Source: an uncultured delta proteobacterium (GTDB lineage: Bacteria > Myxococcota > B64-G9). Taken from it: 64,000 nucleotides of DNA. The DNA is taken from positions 96,001-160,000 of the forward strand of contig CAVWHX010000001.1 of assembly GCA_963754925.1 (NCBI GenBank). Reading direction: 5' to 3'. This document shows positions 47,038-57,676 of the stretch, in pieces (the stretch's first letter is position 1; each line of letters opens with the position of its first letter). The position numbers were made by a program, and so were the translations under genes. The notes beneath the pieces are model-generated. The model ran no database searches and was not told the origin of the DNA. It saw only the letters and a program-made list of their open reading frames with translations.

Positions 47038-47949
47038 ATGCCAAAAGTAAAGTTATCACATGTCGGGTTACTTCATTTATTCGTTGTGTACGTTGTGTGG
47101 AGCAGCACGTATTTGGCCATTCGAGTCGCAGTCGAAGAGGGGAGTGGTTTTCCGCCTTTTTCAATGGGAGCAAGTCGGCTCGTCGTCGCGGGGATGGTAT
47201 TATTAGCCGTTGCCTACCTAAGAAAAAACAAAATAATTCTTACCCTTAATGAACTAATAATCGTCTCGATCTCGGGCTTCCTTATGTGGGGGTTCAGCAA
47301 TGGATTGCTGCTCTGGGCAGAGCAATTCACCAAATCGGGCCTGGCATCTCTTCTTATTTCCACGACGCCGATGTGGGCGGCGTTGCTGGATTCTATCGCT
47401 TCGAAGAAAACGCCTCCTCCGTTGTTAATTGGTTCCATTTTTCTCGGATTATTGGGGGTAGGCGTCTTGATGTTTCCCGCTCTTCGAGCGGGTAGTTCGA
47501 CCGATTTTGTTTGCGGGTTGTTGTTGGTGTTTGCGTCGGTGAGCTGGGCGGCGGGTTCCGTCTACCAAAAGCGCAATCCGATAGCCATCAACGATACCGT
47601 GTATGCCGCGTATCAGCTTCTGATCGGCGGTTTTTCGATGTCGCTCATGTCCCGGGTGGCTCGTGAGGTAAGCCCTCACCCAACCCACTATGCGTGGCTG
47701 GCATGGGGGTATCTCATCATTCTCGGTTCTGTGATTGCCTTTAACTCATATGTTATCGCGCTTAGAAAATTGCCGATTAATGTCATGATGACGTATTCCT
47801 TTGTAAATCCAGTCTTGGCTGTGGCGTTGGGCTGGCTGATTCTCGATGAGAAAATCACCGGCCGGACCATCGTGGGAGCGATGTTGGTAGTACTCAGTGT
47901 GCTTGGTGTTTTTTGGCAGCAGACAAAAAGGTCTAATACCATATCGTGA
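47038..47949 (+). CDS. EamA/DMT family transporter
   Basis: 'VYVVWSSTYLAIR', 'YSFVNPVLAVALG.LIL.E'. Confidence 0.9.
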   Translation: MPKVKLSHVGLLHLFVVYVVWSSTYLAIRVAVEEGSGFPPFSMGASRLVVAGMVLLAVAYLRKNKIILTLNELIIVSISGFLMWGFSNGLLLWAEQFTKSGLASLLISTTPMWAALLDSIASKKTPPPLLIGSIFLGLLGVGVLMFPALRAGSSTDFVCGLLLVFASVSWAAGSVYQKRNPIAINDTVYAAYQLLIGGFSMSLMSRVAREVSPHPTHYAWLAWGYLIILGSVIAFNSYVIALRKLPINVMMTYSFVNPVLAVALGWLILDEKITGRTIVGAMLVVLSVLGVFWQQTKRSNTIS

Positions 47950-48200
47950 TAATCCGCATGGGCGGTCGCCGGCCATCGTACGTTCATCTTCGTTGCAGAT
48001 TTATTGATCAATAACGACACACGTTTGTCATTCTCCTAAACAAAGAAAATCCATCAAAATTCTCAACCAATACATAACCCTGGTTTGAAAGTGAATGCAG
48101 GGCCTGGGTGTATTGTTCTCACTTTCTTGCATATTTGGCGGTTTGAACGCTATGATCACTGAGAATTCATACACAGGCTGACCAACGCTCAGGAACGAAA

Positions 48201-50399
48201 ATGGCTCAGAAGGGGAAATTTCAGGAGAAGGACCTTCCGCTGATCAATCAGTTCAACGAATTCACCATCGATCTGGTCAAAGCCATGGTCCAGACCGGCT
48301 ACTACTCGTCCGCTCACCCCCTGGCGGGCAAAGCCACCGAACACATTTTCGAAAAGCTTCGAGGCATCCTACAAGACAAAGATGAGCTTCTGTACATGTC
48401 CACCTCAGTGCATGTAAAGGACGACATTTCGGTTGATGGCTTGCTGACCGATCCTTTGTACCTGAAAGATTCCTTTCACAACCTCAGCCTGGGGCAGCAC
48501 TTCATCTCGAAATTTCTCGATTACTTCGACCGAAACCACCTGGTCTCTTTTTCAATCAAGAACCGCATCGAGCGCAAAGAATTTGAGAAATTTATCGAGG
48601 TGCTGGTTCAGCAGCAAGGAGCGGACGAGAGTCGGGAGGACGCTGAAACCCGCGAGCGTTTCTCTGACACGCTCTTGAAAAACAAAATTTTCAATATCGT
48701 CGTGGTTCACCGGGATGAACTGCTCGGCCATCAACGAGTCATTCCCTGGCGCGTCCAGTTGGCCCTCAGTCGCCTGCGCAAGGATTTGAAAATCATCCCG
48801 CTGTATACCAAAGCTTCCACCCAGGAGTTGGCAACCGCCAAGACGCAAACCGTCGCCGACATCGTGAGACCGCTCCGCCAAAACATCTTCCTCAAGGAGC
48901 TGCTGCTCAACTGTGACTTGGTCGTGGAAGAGGGGAAGGAGGGTCTCAAGGACTGGGACATCGAGCAGGCCATAGTCAACTATCTGGCGGAGGTGGTGAT
49001 GGTTTCCCTTTCCTGGGAGATCATCAAAGACATGCAAAAAGAAATGGAACCCCCCTCAGAAAAACGCACCGAAATTTCCAAAGAGCGGGAGTCGCGCTGC
49101 AAAAGTATTTTGAAGAAGATCGCGGTTCGTTTCTTTTCATCCAACTCAGAGAAAGCCCATGAGATCCTTGAGCACCTCTTCAAGCAAAAACTGGTCCAGT
49201 ATCAGGAACTCCCTCCCGAGCTCCAGCACAAAATTCTCATCACCCAAATGGCGGAAGAGTTCGAGAAAAGCAATCTCGACCACGTCACCCAGAAGCTCAA
49301 TGTGGTTTTTAGCAGCCCTCCGGATGCTTCCGCCGCTCGCGACCTGCAGGCGGTTTTCGAAGAATTGTGCAAACGACAGGACCTCTCCCGAGCTTTTGAT
49401 TTGGTCCAGATGATTGAACGTCACCCCAAGGCCACAAGCAGCCTGGCTCACCAGATCATCGCCGCGCTTGCCAATCCTCAGGTCATGGGTTTTCTGGTTA
49501 AACAGTATGAGGAGTCCAAAGAAAAAATCCGGGATTCCATCTTGGCCTTCCTGGTGAAAGTGGGCCGACCTTCTGCCCCCTATCTTTTGGATCTGATGTC
49601 CAAAGCCGAAAAAGATTTTATTCGCAAACAGATCTTCGGCATTTTGGCTTCCATGGGTTCCGCTGTGGCGGACTTGGTAATCGCGGAGCTATCCAAGGCT
49701 AACCAGCCGGTCCACTTCTACCGATACCTCATCCAGCTCATCGGCGAGGTCCATCTTTCAGAAGGCTCACCAGCGGTACAGCGGTTCTTGAAACACAAAG
49801 AGCCTTCACTAAGGCTGGAGGCGGTTTCGACCTTGTTCAAACTGTCAGGCGCGGGAAGCGAAGGCGCACTCATCAACGCCCTAAACGATGAGGATTCCCA
49901 AGTGCGGCTGCAGGCCATGTCCTGTCTGGGATCTATTGGCAGCAAAAACCAGAAATTTCGCTCCCTCGTCATCGAGACGCTGCGGGTTAAAAAACAACGT
50001 GAAAAAGAAGCCGACGAGGACCTGCAAATCGCGGCCCTGAAGGCGGCAACCAGCATGGGCAACATCCAGACCAGCTTAGGCGTTTCTTTGGAGGTTGTGC
50101 TCGGTGAAAACCTGCTTCCCCCCAGCCGGTTCGGTTTTTTGGGGTCTTTGAATCCCAACGCCCGGCGAACGAAGAGCGACAGAGTTCGGGCCGCCATCTG
50201 CGACACGTTGGGAGAAATCGGAACCGGCCAGAGCTTGTCTTTCTTAGAAAAGGCCCTGTTGGATCCCAACCATATCATTCGGTCGAGAGCCTCTCTGGCT
50301 ATTGAAAAACTAAAAAAACAGCCTGTACCGAGCCGGGACTCAAAACCAACCAAAGCCAGTATAACGATCGCTTTCCCCAAAGAAAAAAAGCCCTCCTGA
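48201..50399 (+). CDS. HEAT-repeat domain protein
   Basis: C-terminal 'L...L.D....VR..A...LG.IG' repeats; N-terminal 'YY...HP' segment. Confidence 0.8.
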   Translation: MAQKGKFQEKDLPLINQFNEFTIDLVKAMVQTGYYSSAHPLAGKATEHIFEKLRGILQDKDELLYMSTSVHVKDDISVDGLLTDPLYLKDSFHNLSLGQHFISKFLDYFDRNHLVSFSIKNRIERKEFEKFIEVLVQQQGADESREDAETRERFSDTLLKNKIFNIVVVHRDELLGHQRVIPWRVQLALSRLRKDLKIIPLYTKASTQELATAKTQTVADIVRPLRQNIFLKELLLNCDLVVEEGKEGLKDWDIEQAIVNYLAEVVMVSLSWEIIKDMQKEMEPPSEKRTEISKERESRCKSILKKIAVRFFSSNSEKAHEILEHLFKQKLVQYQELPPELQHKILITQMAEEFEKSNLDHVTQKLNVVFSSPPDASAARDLQAVFEELCKRQDLSRAFDLVQMIERHPKATSSLAHQIIAALANPQVMGFLVKQYEESKEKIRDSILAFLVKVGRPSAPYLLDLMSKAEKDFIRKQIFGILASMGSAVADLVIAELSKANQPVHFYRYLIQLIGEVHLSEGSPAVQRFLKHKEPSLRLEAVSTLFKLSGAGSEGALINALNDEDSQVRLQAMSCLGSIGSKNQKFRSLVIETLRVKKQREKEADEDLQIAALKAATSMGNIQTSLGVSLEVVLGENLLPPSRFGFLGSLNPNARRTKSDRVRAAICDTLGEIGTGQSLSFLEKALLDPNHIIRSRASLAIEKLKKQPVPSRDSKPTKASITIAFPKEKKPS

Positions 50400-50554
50400 C
50401 AAAACGGGTAGTGCCCCCCATTTGGCAAGCCTCGTGTATGAGAGTATTATAACCACTGTGTTCCTGTTCAAACCGTAGTGGTGCAAAAAATGCGAAACGC
50501 ACCTTGGCAGATAAAAGGTAATTCCAGCAGGTTGAGCATTCGAGAGAGCTATAC

Positions 50555-51892
50555 ATGAAGCACACGGGTAGACCTCCTGCGCACAGCGTGCGATTATTCA
50601 AGTTGGCAGGACTGACCGCGTCGGTCGCCGGGGGATACGCGCGCGACCGCCTCAAGCGTATGTTCCTTTCCAACGACCGCGCTGCCGAGGAGTACAAACT
50701 GAGCATGGAGCGCGTCGGATCACGCATCGCATCTACACTCGGCGAGCTCAAAGGCGCGGCCATGAAAGTGGGCCAGATGGCGTATATGGCCGCCGACTTG
50801 CTGCCGAAGGAGATTGCTTACGCGCTGCAATCGCTGCAAAAGGATGCGCCCTCGGTCGACTTCTCCATCATCGAGGCGCAGATCCAGTCTGAGTTCGGCC
50901 AACCGATCGAACGGTTGTTCGAATCGTTCGAGCCTGAACCATTCGCGGCGGCGTCGATCGGGCAAGTGCATCACGCGCGGGTTGATGGGCGCGCGGTGGT
51001 CGTCAAAGTGCAGTATCCGGGTGTCGACGTCGCGGTCGATTCCGACATGCGCCACCTCAAGCTCGTGCTGCTGGTCAGCGGCTTAATGGACATCGACCGG
51101 CGCGCCCTGGACGCAAGTTTCAGCGAGATACGCGAGCGCATCCACGAAGAACTCGACTACGGTAACGAGTCGGACAACGTTCGACGTTTTCGCGCATACC
51201 ACCGGCCGCGCCATCCGTTCGTGGTCATACCGAAAGTGATCGGCCATCGCTCGACCAAGCGCGTGCTTACGCTCACCTACGAGCCGGGTGACCACGTCAA
51301 AGATTTCGATGCATTGGGCTACACCGCACGGCAGCGCGACCGCTGCGGGCGCCACCTGTGGGCCGCCATCGAAAGCCAAATCTTCGACTTCGGTTGTATC
51401 CACGCCGATCCCAACCCGGCCAACTTCGTTTTCCGCAAAGACGGCAGCGTGGTCATGTACGACTTCGGCTGCGTCAAGCGGCTCGCCCCGGGTATAGCGG
51501 AAGGCTATCGCTCGCTGGTTGACGAAGGTCTGAGAGAAAACTACGACCGTATCGATGACATACTGTGCGCGCTCGGCGTCCGGCGCGAAGGCGGACCGCG
51601 CGTGTCGGACGACTTCTACAAGCTCTGGCGCGACTGGCTCGCGCTGCCCATTCTGGCGGCCAATCCGTTCGACTTCGGCACAGCAAAGTTCGAGCGGGAG
51701 TTCCTGACCAAGCTCGTGCCCGCGACTATAAAACACTTATCGTCGTTTCAACCGCCGCGCGAACTCGTGTACTTCAATCGTATGCTCGTCGGACACTATG
51801 CGACGTTGCACAAGATGAACGCGCGCGTTCCGGTCGGCCCGAGCCTACGCGCGCGCTTTCCCGAGACTGCTCCCTGGTTCACACAGGCGTAG
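50555..51892 (+). CDS. AarF/UbiB (ABC1) atypical kinase
   Basis: 'LKGAAMKVGQ', 'AAASIGQVH', 'VKVQYPG', 'ELDY..E', 'HADPNPAN', 'DFG'. Confidence 0.93.
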   Translation: MKHTGRPPAHSVRLFKLAGLTASVAGGYARDRLKRMFLSNDRAAEEYKLSMERVGSRIASTLGELKGAAMKVGQMAYMAADLLPKEIAYALQSLQKDAPSVDFSIIEAQIQSEFGQPIERLFESFEPEPFAAASIGQVHHARVDGRAVVVKVQYPGVDVAVDSDMRHLKLVLLVSGLMDIDRRALDASFSEIRERIHEELDYGNESDNVRRFRAYHRPRHPFVVIPKVIGHRSTKRVLTLTYEPGDHVKDFDALGYTARQRDRCGRHLWAAIESQIFDFGCIHADPNPANFVFRKDGSVVMYDFGCVKRLAPGIAEGYRSLVDEGLRENYDRIDDILCALGVRREGGPRVSDDFYKLWRDWLALPILAANPFDFGTAKFEREFLTKLVPATIKHLSSFQPPRELVYFNRMLVGHYATLHKMNARVPVGPSLRARFPETAPWFTQA

Positions 51893-52243
51893 TATGCTCC
51901 AACATAGCTTTCCCCAAAGACAAAAAGCCTTCATGACAACCCCCACTTCGCAAACCTTACCAACGTCGGGAGCCACGCTCCACGACGTTTTATCCTCCTC
52001 ATGAAAACTGAATTTCTGGATTTTTATTTTTCAGTTGACATTCTATCCTCCGAACTGATTGGATGATCAAATGTAACGCCAATTTTCAGAAGATGTTGTT
52101 GGAAATAACGAGTGCAAAGGGATTACACAATCACTTGAATTTTCTGTATGCTATTCCCTTGTCTTTCGCAAACGGCCGGAGACAACATGATAGAGTTAAT
52201 GTAGTTTTTCATGAATATAAAAATCAACCAAGGAGGATGGAAA

Positions 52244-54121
52244 ATGCGACGACTAATTCAGAAGGCCATGGTACTGGGTATTATCGGCATATCGATTTTC
52301 ATCTTTCCTGGTATGACCGTGAATGGCTGCTATGACCCAACCGGGCCCATACCCAAGGCAACGGTAGCACCGGCGCCGCTTGCTTGGACCGATCAACAAG
52401 TTGACGACCTCGTCATCATGGAGCAACCGTCCATCTATTCGCCGGCCCCGCACAACGAAACTGCAGCGCCGTGGGAATGTGATTACATTAAGTTCCTGCG
52501 CTTTAGGCTCAAGGATTCCAGCACCGGGACCGACGACAAAGATGCCATGCTCCTGATGGTGCCGGGACTGCTGGAAGGCGCCAACGGTTTTGAATATATC
52601 GGCCGTCAGCTGGTCTATGTGGCCAAGCAGGAATACAACCTCAATGTGGAAGTCTGGGCCATGGACCGCCGCAACAACTGCTTGGAGGATCTAACCGGGT
52701 TTGAGGCCGCCGCAGCAGCCGCCACGGCAGACGACGCGATGAAAATCTATGTAGATTACTATTACGGTGGAGTCGCCATAAACGGCCAAACATTTAAAGG
52801 CTTTCTGACCAGTAGCGATACGCCCTATCTCTCCGAATTCGGTTTGAAGATGGATACCGAGGACATGTACGCGATCATCCAGACCATGGTTCCCGACCCT
52901 GCTGTTCGGAAGAAGAGGGTTTTTGTCGGCGGCCATTCGATGGGAGGCATGCATGCATCCCTATTCGCCGGTTGGGACCTGGACGGTGATCCCAACACCC
53001 TTGACGACGCGGGCTATATGAACTGCGCCGGTATGTTTGCGCTGGATTCCTCGGTCTCTCCAATGACCAGTATGCTGGAGCCGGTCCTGGCGCCCTATCT
53101 CCAGGGCATGCCGCAAATAGTTGTGGACTTCGCGAACAGTCTAACGGAAGTCCTCTATGCCAGCGTATTGAGCGCGCTACGCACTGATTTGATTCCACGC
53201 TTTGTCACCCCCGCGCTGGCCGACTCCATGATGGGAACGCCGCTTGGTCCCGAGGCCATGGCGTTAATTCAAGCGCAGGGTATGGCAGCGCGTATGGCCC
53301 CGGACGAAGAAAGCACGCTGCTCAATCAAATGCCCATATCGGCGGATTTAAAGAAGATGTTAGATCAGTATCAATCCCGTACGATGGAACAATATAATAC
53401 CGGGATTCCGTCTATTCACGATTTCCACCTTACGAACGAAGCCTTGCTGGGCGTAATTTTCGATAATAACTTCACTCAAATTCCCATGATAAGAATGGGG
53501 CTGGGATTCCTGGTGGGCGGGCCGGTGGCCGAGAAAGACAAGGATGTCCTGGACATGCTCTACGGAGGTGACTCGACTGGCCGTAATCCTTTGTATGCGC
53601 CTACGGACGCCGGTCCGGACCTGTTGCATCTCGGACAAGGGCCGTTATATCGCTGGGCCACATTTGATGAAGTCGCGAACGCAACGAGCCCCAATTTCAC
53701 GGATACGACCGGCGCGGTCACCTATACCACCATGGTGGGAGAAATGAGCAACATCCAAGATCTGGCGCGGGCTTCGTACATCGGGCCTTCCAACCTGGTG
53801 GAATGGTATTTCTCGGTGCGGAGGGTTGTCGACCTCATGGCCCTGGCCATGCCCTATGCGCAAAAATACGGCATCAACTATCTGCATGCCGACAAAAATT
53901 CGAGCCTTCCTAGAATTGTGTTCACGTCAGCGGCGCATGATTTTGGCTCCATGGCTCCGCCTATTGCCCCCGATCCCAACGCCATCGATGTTCCCGGGTA
54001 CAGCCACATGGATCCGATGTTTGCCTCCGCCAATACGCCCACCCACCGCAAAAACGACGTCATATATCCCCTGATTGAGTTTGTGCGGGACACTATCAAC
54101 GGTGAATTTATCAACGAGTAG
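52244..54121 (+). CDS. putative lipoprotein with alpha/beta hydrolase fold
   Basis: AGGAGG RBS; lipobox-like 'VNGC'; nucleophile elbow 'GGHSMGG'; C-terminal 'GYSHMD'. Confidence 0.7.
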   Translation: MRRLIQKAMVLGIIGISIFIFPGMTVNGCYDPTGPIPKATVAPAPLAWTDQQVDDLVIMEQPSIYSPAPHNETAAPWECDYIKFLRFRLKDSSTGTDDKDAMLLMVPGLLEGANGFEYIGRQLVYVAKQEYNLNVEVWAMDRRNNCLEDLTGFEAAAAAATADDAMKIYVDYYYGGVAINGQTFKGFLTSSDTPYLSEFGLKMDTEDMYAIIQTMVPDPAVRKKRVFVGGHSMGGMHASLFAGWDLDGDPNTLDDAGYMNCAGMFALDSSVSPMTSMLEPVLAPYLQGMPQIVVDFANSLTEVLYASVLSALRTDLIPRFVTPALADSMMGTPLGPEAMALIQAQGMAARMAPDEESTLLNQMPISADLKKMLDQYQSRTMEQYNTGIPSIHDFHLTNEALLGVIFDNNFTQIPMIRMGLGFLVGGPVAEKDKDVLDMLYGGDSTGRNPLYAPTDAGPDLLHLGQGPLYRWATFDEVANATSPNFTDTTGAVTYTTMVGEMSNIQDLARASYIGPSNLVEWYFSVRRVVDLMALAMPYAQKYGINYLHADKNSSLPRIVFTSAAHDFGSMAPPIAPDPNAIDVPGYSHMDPMFASANTPTHRKNDVIYPLIEFVRDTINGEFINE

Positions 54122-54202
54122 GTGCTCCCACCACCATCGTCCCAATCTGTTACAACTATTGACTACGCAACGCGTTACAAGTTAACGTTACGCCGGATTT
54201 CT

Positions 54203-54308
54203 GAGCCCGTTAGCGAACGCAGTGAGGTTACGGGGTCTTATCCCTTTAGGGGTTAGAGCCCGTTAGCGAACGCAGTGAGGTTACGGGGTCTTATCCCTTT
54301 AGGGGTTA
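54203..54308. repeat. perfect 53-bp tandem duplication upstream of aroA
   Basis: GAGCCCGTTAGCGAACGCAGTGAGGTTACGGGGTCTTATCCCTTTAGGGGTTA, two copies. Confidence 0.95.
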
Positions 54309-54318
54309 GAGGTCGCCC

Positions 54319-55602
54319 ATGAAGCTCGTCGTCGGCAAATCGGCACTCAAGGGAACGGTGGCCATCCCAGCATCCAAGTCGCACACCATACGCGCGGTGG
54401 CGATTGCCTCGCTCGCCGAGGGACGAAGCGTTATCCGCAACCCCTTGCTCTCGGGCGACACCCAAAGCGCGGTCGAGTGCTATCGCGCCTTGGGTGCGAG
54501 GATTGACACCAGCGACGCCAGGGCGTGGAAGGTCGAGGGAACCGGTGGTCGCCTGACTGCGCCCGCCCAAACCATCGACGTCGGCAACAGCGGCACCACC
54601 TTGCGCATCGCGGTCTCGTCCGCAGCGCTGGCGGCAGGCTCCCGAACCATTCGATTGACCGGAGACGAGCAAATTCAAAGCCGTCCGATCGGGCCGCTGC
54701 TCGGCGCCCTCAACGATCTCGGAGCCCGGGCGGTGTCGGATAAAAACAACGATAAAGCGCCGGTCAGCGTGAGCGGTGCTCTCAGAGGCGGCACAACGCG
54801 TATCGAGTGCAAGACCAGCCAGTACTTGACGAGCCTGCTTCTGGCCGCGCCGCTCACGCCAGACGACACCGAGATCGAGGTGACCTTGCTCAACGAGCCT
54901 GACTACGCGCGGATGACCCTGGATTGGCTCGATAAACAGGGCATACGGTACGAGCGCGAACAAATGCGCCGTTTCAAGATCTACGGCAGGCAGCGGTACC
55001 GGCCTTTTGATTTGCCGATACCGGCCGACTTCTCCAGCGCTACGTTCTTCCTCTGCGCGGGCGCCATCCTGGACGCTGACATTACCCTGACCGGGCTCGA
55101 TTTCACAGACAGCCAGCCGGACAAGGCGGTGGCCGACTACTTAAAGCGTATGGGCGCCGACATCAGCGTACAGAGCGACGCCGTGCGCGTCCGCGGCTCG
55201 CGCTTGCAGGGCGTAGACATCGATATGAACAAGACGCCGGACGCTCTGCCGGCCATGGCCGTTACGGGCGCCTTTGCTCGCGGCGAGACCCGGCTGCTCA
55301 ATGTGCCGCAAGCACGGATCAAGGAAACCGACCGTATCGCCTGCATGGCGCAGCAGCTCGGTAAGCTCGGAGCTGCTGTAAAGGAATTACCTGATGGAAT
55401 GGTAATACGTCACTCGCCGAACCTGCGCCCGACCGCCCTGCAAGGCATGTCCGATCATCGCATCGTTATGGCGCTCAGCCTGGCCTTAATGGCTTTACCA
55501 GGTGAGGGCAGCGTCGATACCGCCGAGGCCGTCCGCGTGACTTTTCCGGAATACGTCGAGCTGATGAAAAGCATCGGCGCCAGGATGGAGTTGAGAGACT
55601 AA
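54319..55602 (+). CDS. aroA: EPSP synthase
   Basis: 'PASKSHT.RA', 'GNSGTTLR', 'SQY', 'RIKETDRI', 'DHRIVM'. Confidence 0.96.
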   Translation: MKLVVGKSALKGTVAIPASKSHTIRAVAIASLAEGRSVIRNPLLSGDTQSAVECYRALGARIDTSDARAWKVEGTGGRLTAPAQTIDVGNSGTTLRIAVSSAALAAGSRTIRLTGDEQIQSRPIGPLLGALNDLGARAVSDKNNDKAPVSVSGALRGGTTRIECKTSQYLTSLLLAAPLTPDDTEIEVTLLNEPDYARMTLDWLDKQGIRYEREQMRRFKIYGRQRYRPFDLPIPADFSSATFFLCAGAILDADITLTGLDFTDSQPDKAVADYLKRMGADISVQSDAVRVRGSRLQGVDIDMNKTPDALPAMAVTGAFARGETRLLNVPQARIKETDRIACMAQQLGKLGAAVKELPDGMVIRHSPNLRPTALQGMSDHRIVMALSLALMALPGEGSVDTAEAVRVTFPEYVELMKSIGARMELRD

Positions 55603-55623
55603 GAGTTGAGGGAAGTCGTGCCC

Positions 55624-55893
55624 TCAACCGTTGAGGAAGTAGACGTCCGGTTTATCCACGACGCCGTCTTTCTGCATCTCTTCTCTCAAGTCCGCTGACT
55701 CGGCAAAGGCCTGTGCGCGTTTGAGATCCGATGCCTCAAAAAAGAGAATGACTTCGTTCGGGTCGTTGGCTCCCCGGAGAAGGTATTTCTCCTTGAGTCC
55801 TGCCGCAACGCGTTTTGGGAGGTGAACGTCGTATCCGCGTTTCCATTCCGAGAAATCTTTAACTTTGTGCCTAACAAAAACGTAACTGGTCAT
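55624..55893 (-). CDS. small dimeric alpha/beta barrel (cyclase-like) protein
   Basis: 'VRHKVKDF..WK..YD.....R...G......R...DPNEV'. Confidence 0.7.
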   Translation of the reverse strand: MTSYVFVRHKVKDFSEWKRGYDVHLPKRVAAGLKEKYLLRGANDPNEVILFFEASDLKRAQAFAESADLREEMQKDGVVDKPDVYFLNG

Positions 55894-55988
55894 GGCGATC
55901 CTCCGTTCAGCAAATGAGAGATATACTAAAGACTATGGGTGTTGCCGTTTCATGCGATCCGCTCGGTCGTTTCACATTATTTTTTTTG

Positions 55989-56004
55989 AGCAATCGTCGT
56001 GCCA
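55989..56004 (-). promoter_or_regulatory. sigma54 (-24/-12) promoter
   Basis: minus strand TGGCACGACGATTGCT matches TGGCACG-N4-TTGCW and points to the 55893 gene. Confidence 0.75.
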
Positions 56005-56332
56005 TTTTCGATCTCTTCCGTAACTATTTGATATTTCAATAGTCAGATAGAAACAGCATGAAGTCGGCGCCCACGAACATCATTAAAAATGAACGAGCAT
56101 GGATCAAAATGAGTGGGTCACAATGCGGCAACGGTGTGGAGCGGGACTAGCAATCGGAAATTTCCTTGCCGATGATGAACAAGACAGGGAGTAGTTCTTA
56201 ATACCGGACAATCATTGACTCAGTAGTGCGTTGGGAGTTATAAAACCAGACTCCAGAAGGCGCCGTTGAAAAAACGGTCGTATATATTTCAACCTTTGAG
56301 TTACGAAAACCTTATTCCGGGAGATAGACAAG

Positions 56333-57676
56333 ATGTTTGGGTGCCACATCGGACGTTGCTTTCAAGTTACCATCGCCGGCGGCTCCTACCAGGAGGGCTT
56401 GACCTCGGTGCTGCAGGGTCTGCCGCCCGATATGCTGCTCACCGAGCAGGAGATCTACGCCGATCTGCTGCTTCGCAAACCGGGCGCGGACGAGCTTTCC
56501 AGCCCGCGGCTCGAGCCTGATTTACCTATCATTTACAGCGGCGTGAACGCCGCGGACACCATCGAGGGAGCGGGCAACGCCAATCACACCAACGGCACAC
56601 CGCTGACCATTCTTATCCCCAACCTGGACCGGCATTTCGTCCATATCAAGCAATACCAGGACACCAACCGCACGCCGCGGCCAGGGCACGCTTCCTACGC
56701 TTCGTTCGTGAAGTACGGGCCGGCCGACGACGCCATCGGCGCCGGCTTTTTCAGCGGCCGGTACACCGCAACCATCGTGGCCGCGGGCTCGGTCGCCAAA
56801 AAGGTGCTGCGCAAACTCGGCATCGAGGTCTTCGCCTACGTCAAAGAAGGCGCGGGGGTTCGCTGCCCGGACCTTGGCCACGAGCAGATCTTCCGGTACG
56901 TGCAGAGCTATCGGCAGATGCGCCGCGACTTGGATCCCTTCTATCAGAATATCTATGTGCAAAAGCGCATTACCCCGGAAATGCGCTTTTTAGAAAAGAC
57001 CAAGATCTTAGCCGAAGTAGAGCAGCAGATATCCCAAATACGAGCGAAGGCCCCTAGCATGCCGGCCGAACGGATCCGGGAGCAGTATCAGGTGCATCCG
57101 GTATTGAATTGCCCTGATTTGAAGGCCGCCAATGCCATCGTGGAGGCCTGTAACCGCATCATGCACACCGGCGACTCCTCCGGAGGAGTGGTGGAAGTGA
57201 TCGTCACCGGAGCGCCCGTAGGGTTGGGTGAGCCCATGTTCTATAAGTTGGACGGGGAGCTCGGGCGCATGCTCGGGATCGGCGCGGTAAAGTGCGTGGA
57301 GGTCGGCTCCGGACACGCGGCCAAGGACATGGTCGGAAGCCAAAGCAACGACCAGATGCGGCAAGTAAACGGCAAGCTCGTCTTCGACTCCAACAACGCG
57401 GGCGGCATCACCGGGGGGCTGACCACGGGCCAGGCCATTATCGCGCGGCTTACGGTCAAGCCCACGCCCACCATCGATAAAGAGCAGCATACCGTGGATA
57501 AATACACTCTGGATAACAAGATGCTGTCCGCTATCACCCGCAGAGATCCCACCATCGTGGCCCGCATCTGGCCGGTAGCCGAAGCCTACACCGCCATCCT
57601 GCTTCTCGATCACCTCATCGCTCACCTCGGCTACCAGTCGTTGAAAAAGCAAACGGCGGAGAGCGTGGTACCATGA
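56333..57676 (+). CDS. aroC: chorismate synthase, long divergent form
   Basis: 'SPR.EPD', 'TNGTP', 'RPGHA', 'GDSSGG', 'GLGEP.F.KLD', 'NNAGGI.GG...G', 'KPTPT', 'R.DP'. Confidence 0.88.
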   Translation: MFGCHIGRCFQVTIAGGSYQEGLTSVLQGLPPDMLLTEQEIYADLLLRKPGADELSSPRLEPDLPIIYSGVNAADTIEGAGNANHTNGTPLTILIPNLDRHFVHIKQYQDTNRTPRPGHASYASFVKYGPADDAIGAGFFSGRYTATIVAAGSVAKKVLRKLGIEVFAYVKEGAGVRCPDLGHEQIFRYVQSYRQMRRDLDPFYQNIYVQKRITPEMRFLEKTKILAEVEQQISQIRAKAPSMPAERIREQYQVHPVLNCPDLKAANAIVEACNRIMHTGDSSGGVVEVIVTGAPVGLGEPMFYKLDGELGRMLGIGAVKCVEVGSGHAAKDMVGSQSNDQMRQVNGKLVFDSNNAGGITGGLTTGQAIIARLTVKPTPTIDKEQHTVDKYTLDNKMLSAITRRDPTIVARIWPVAEAYTAILLLDHLIAHLGYQSLKKQTAESVVP

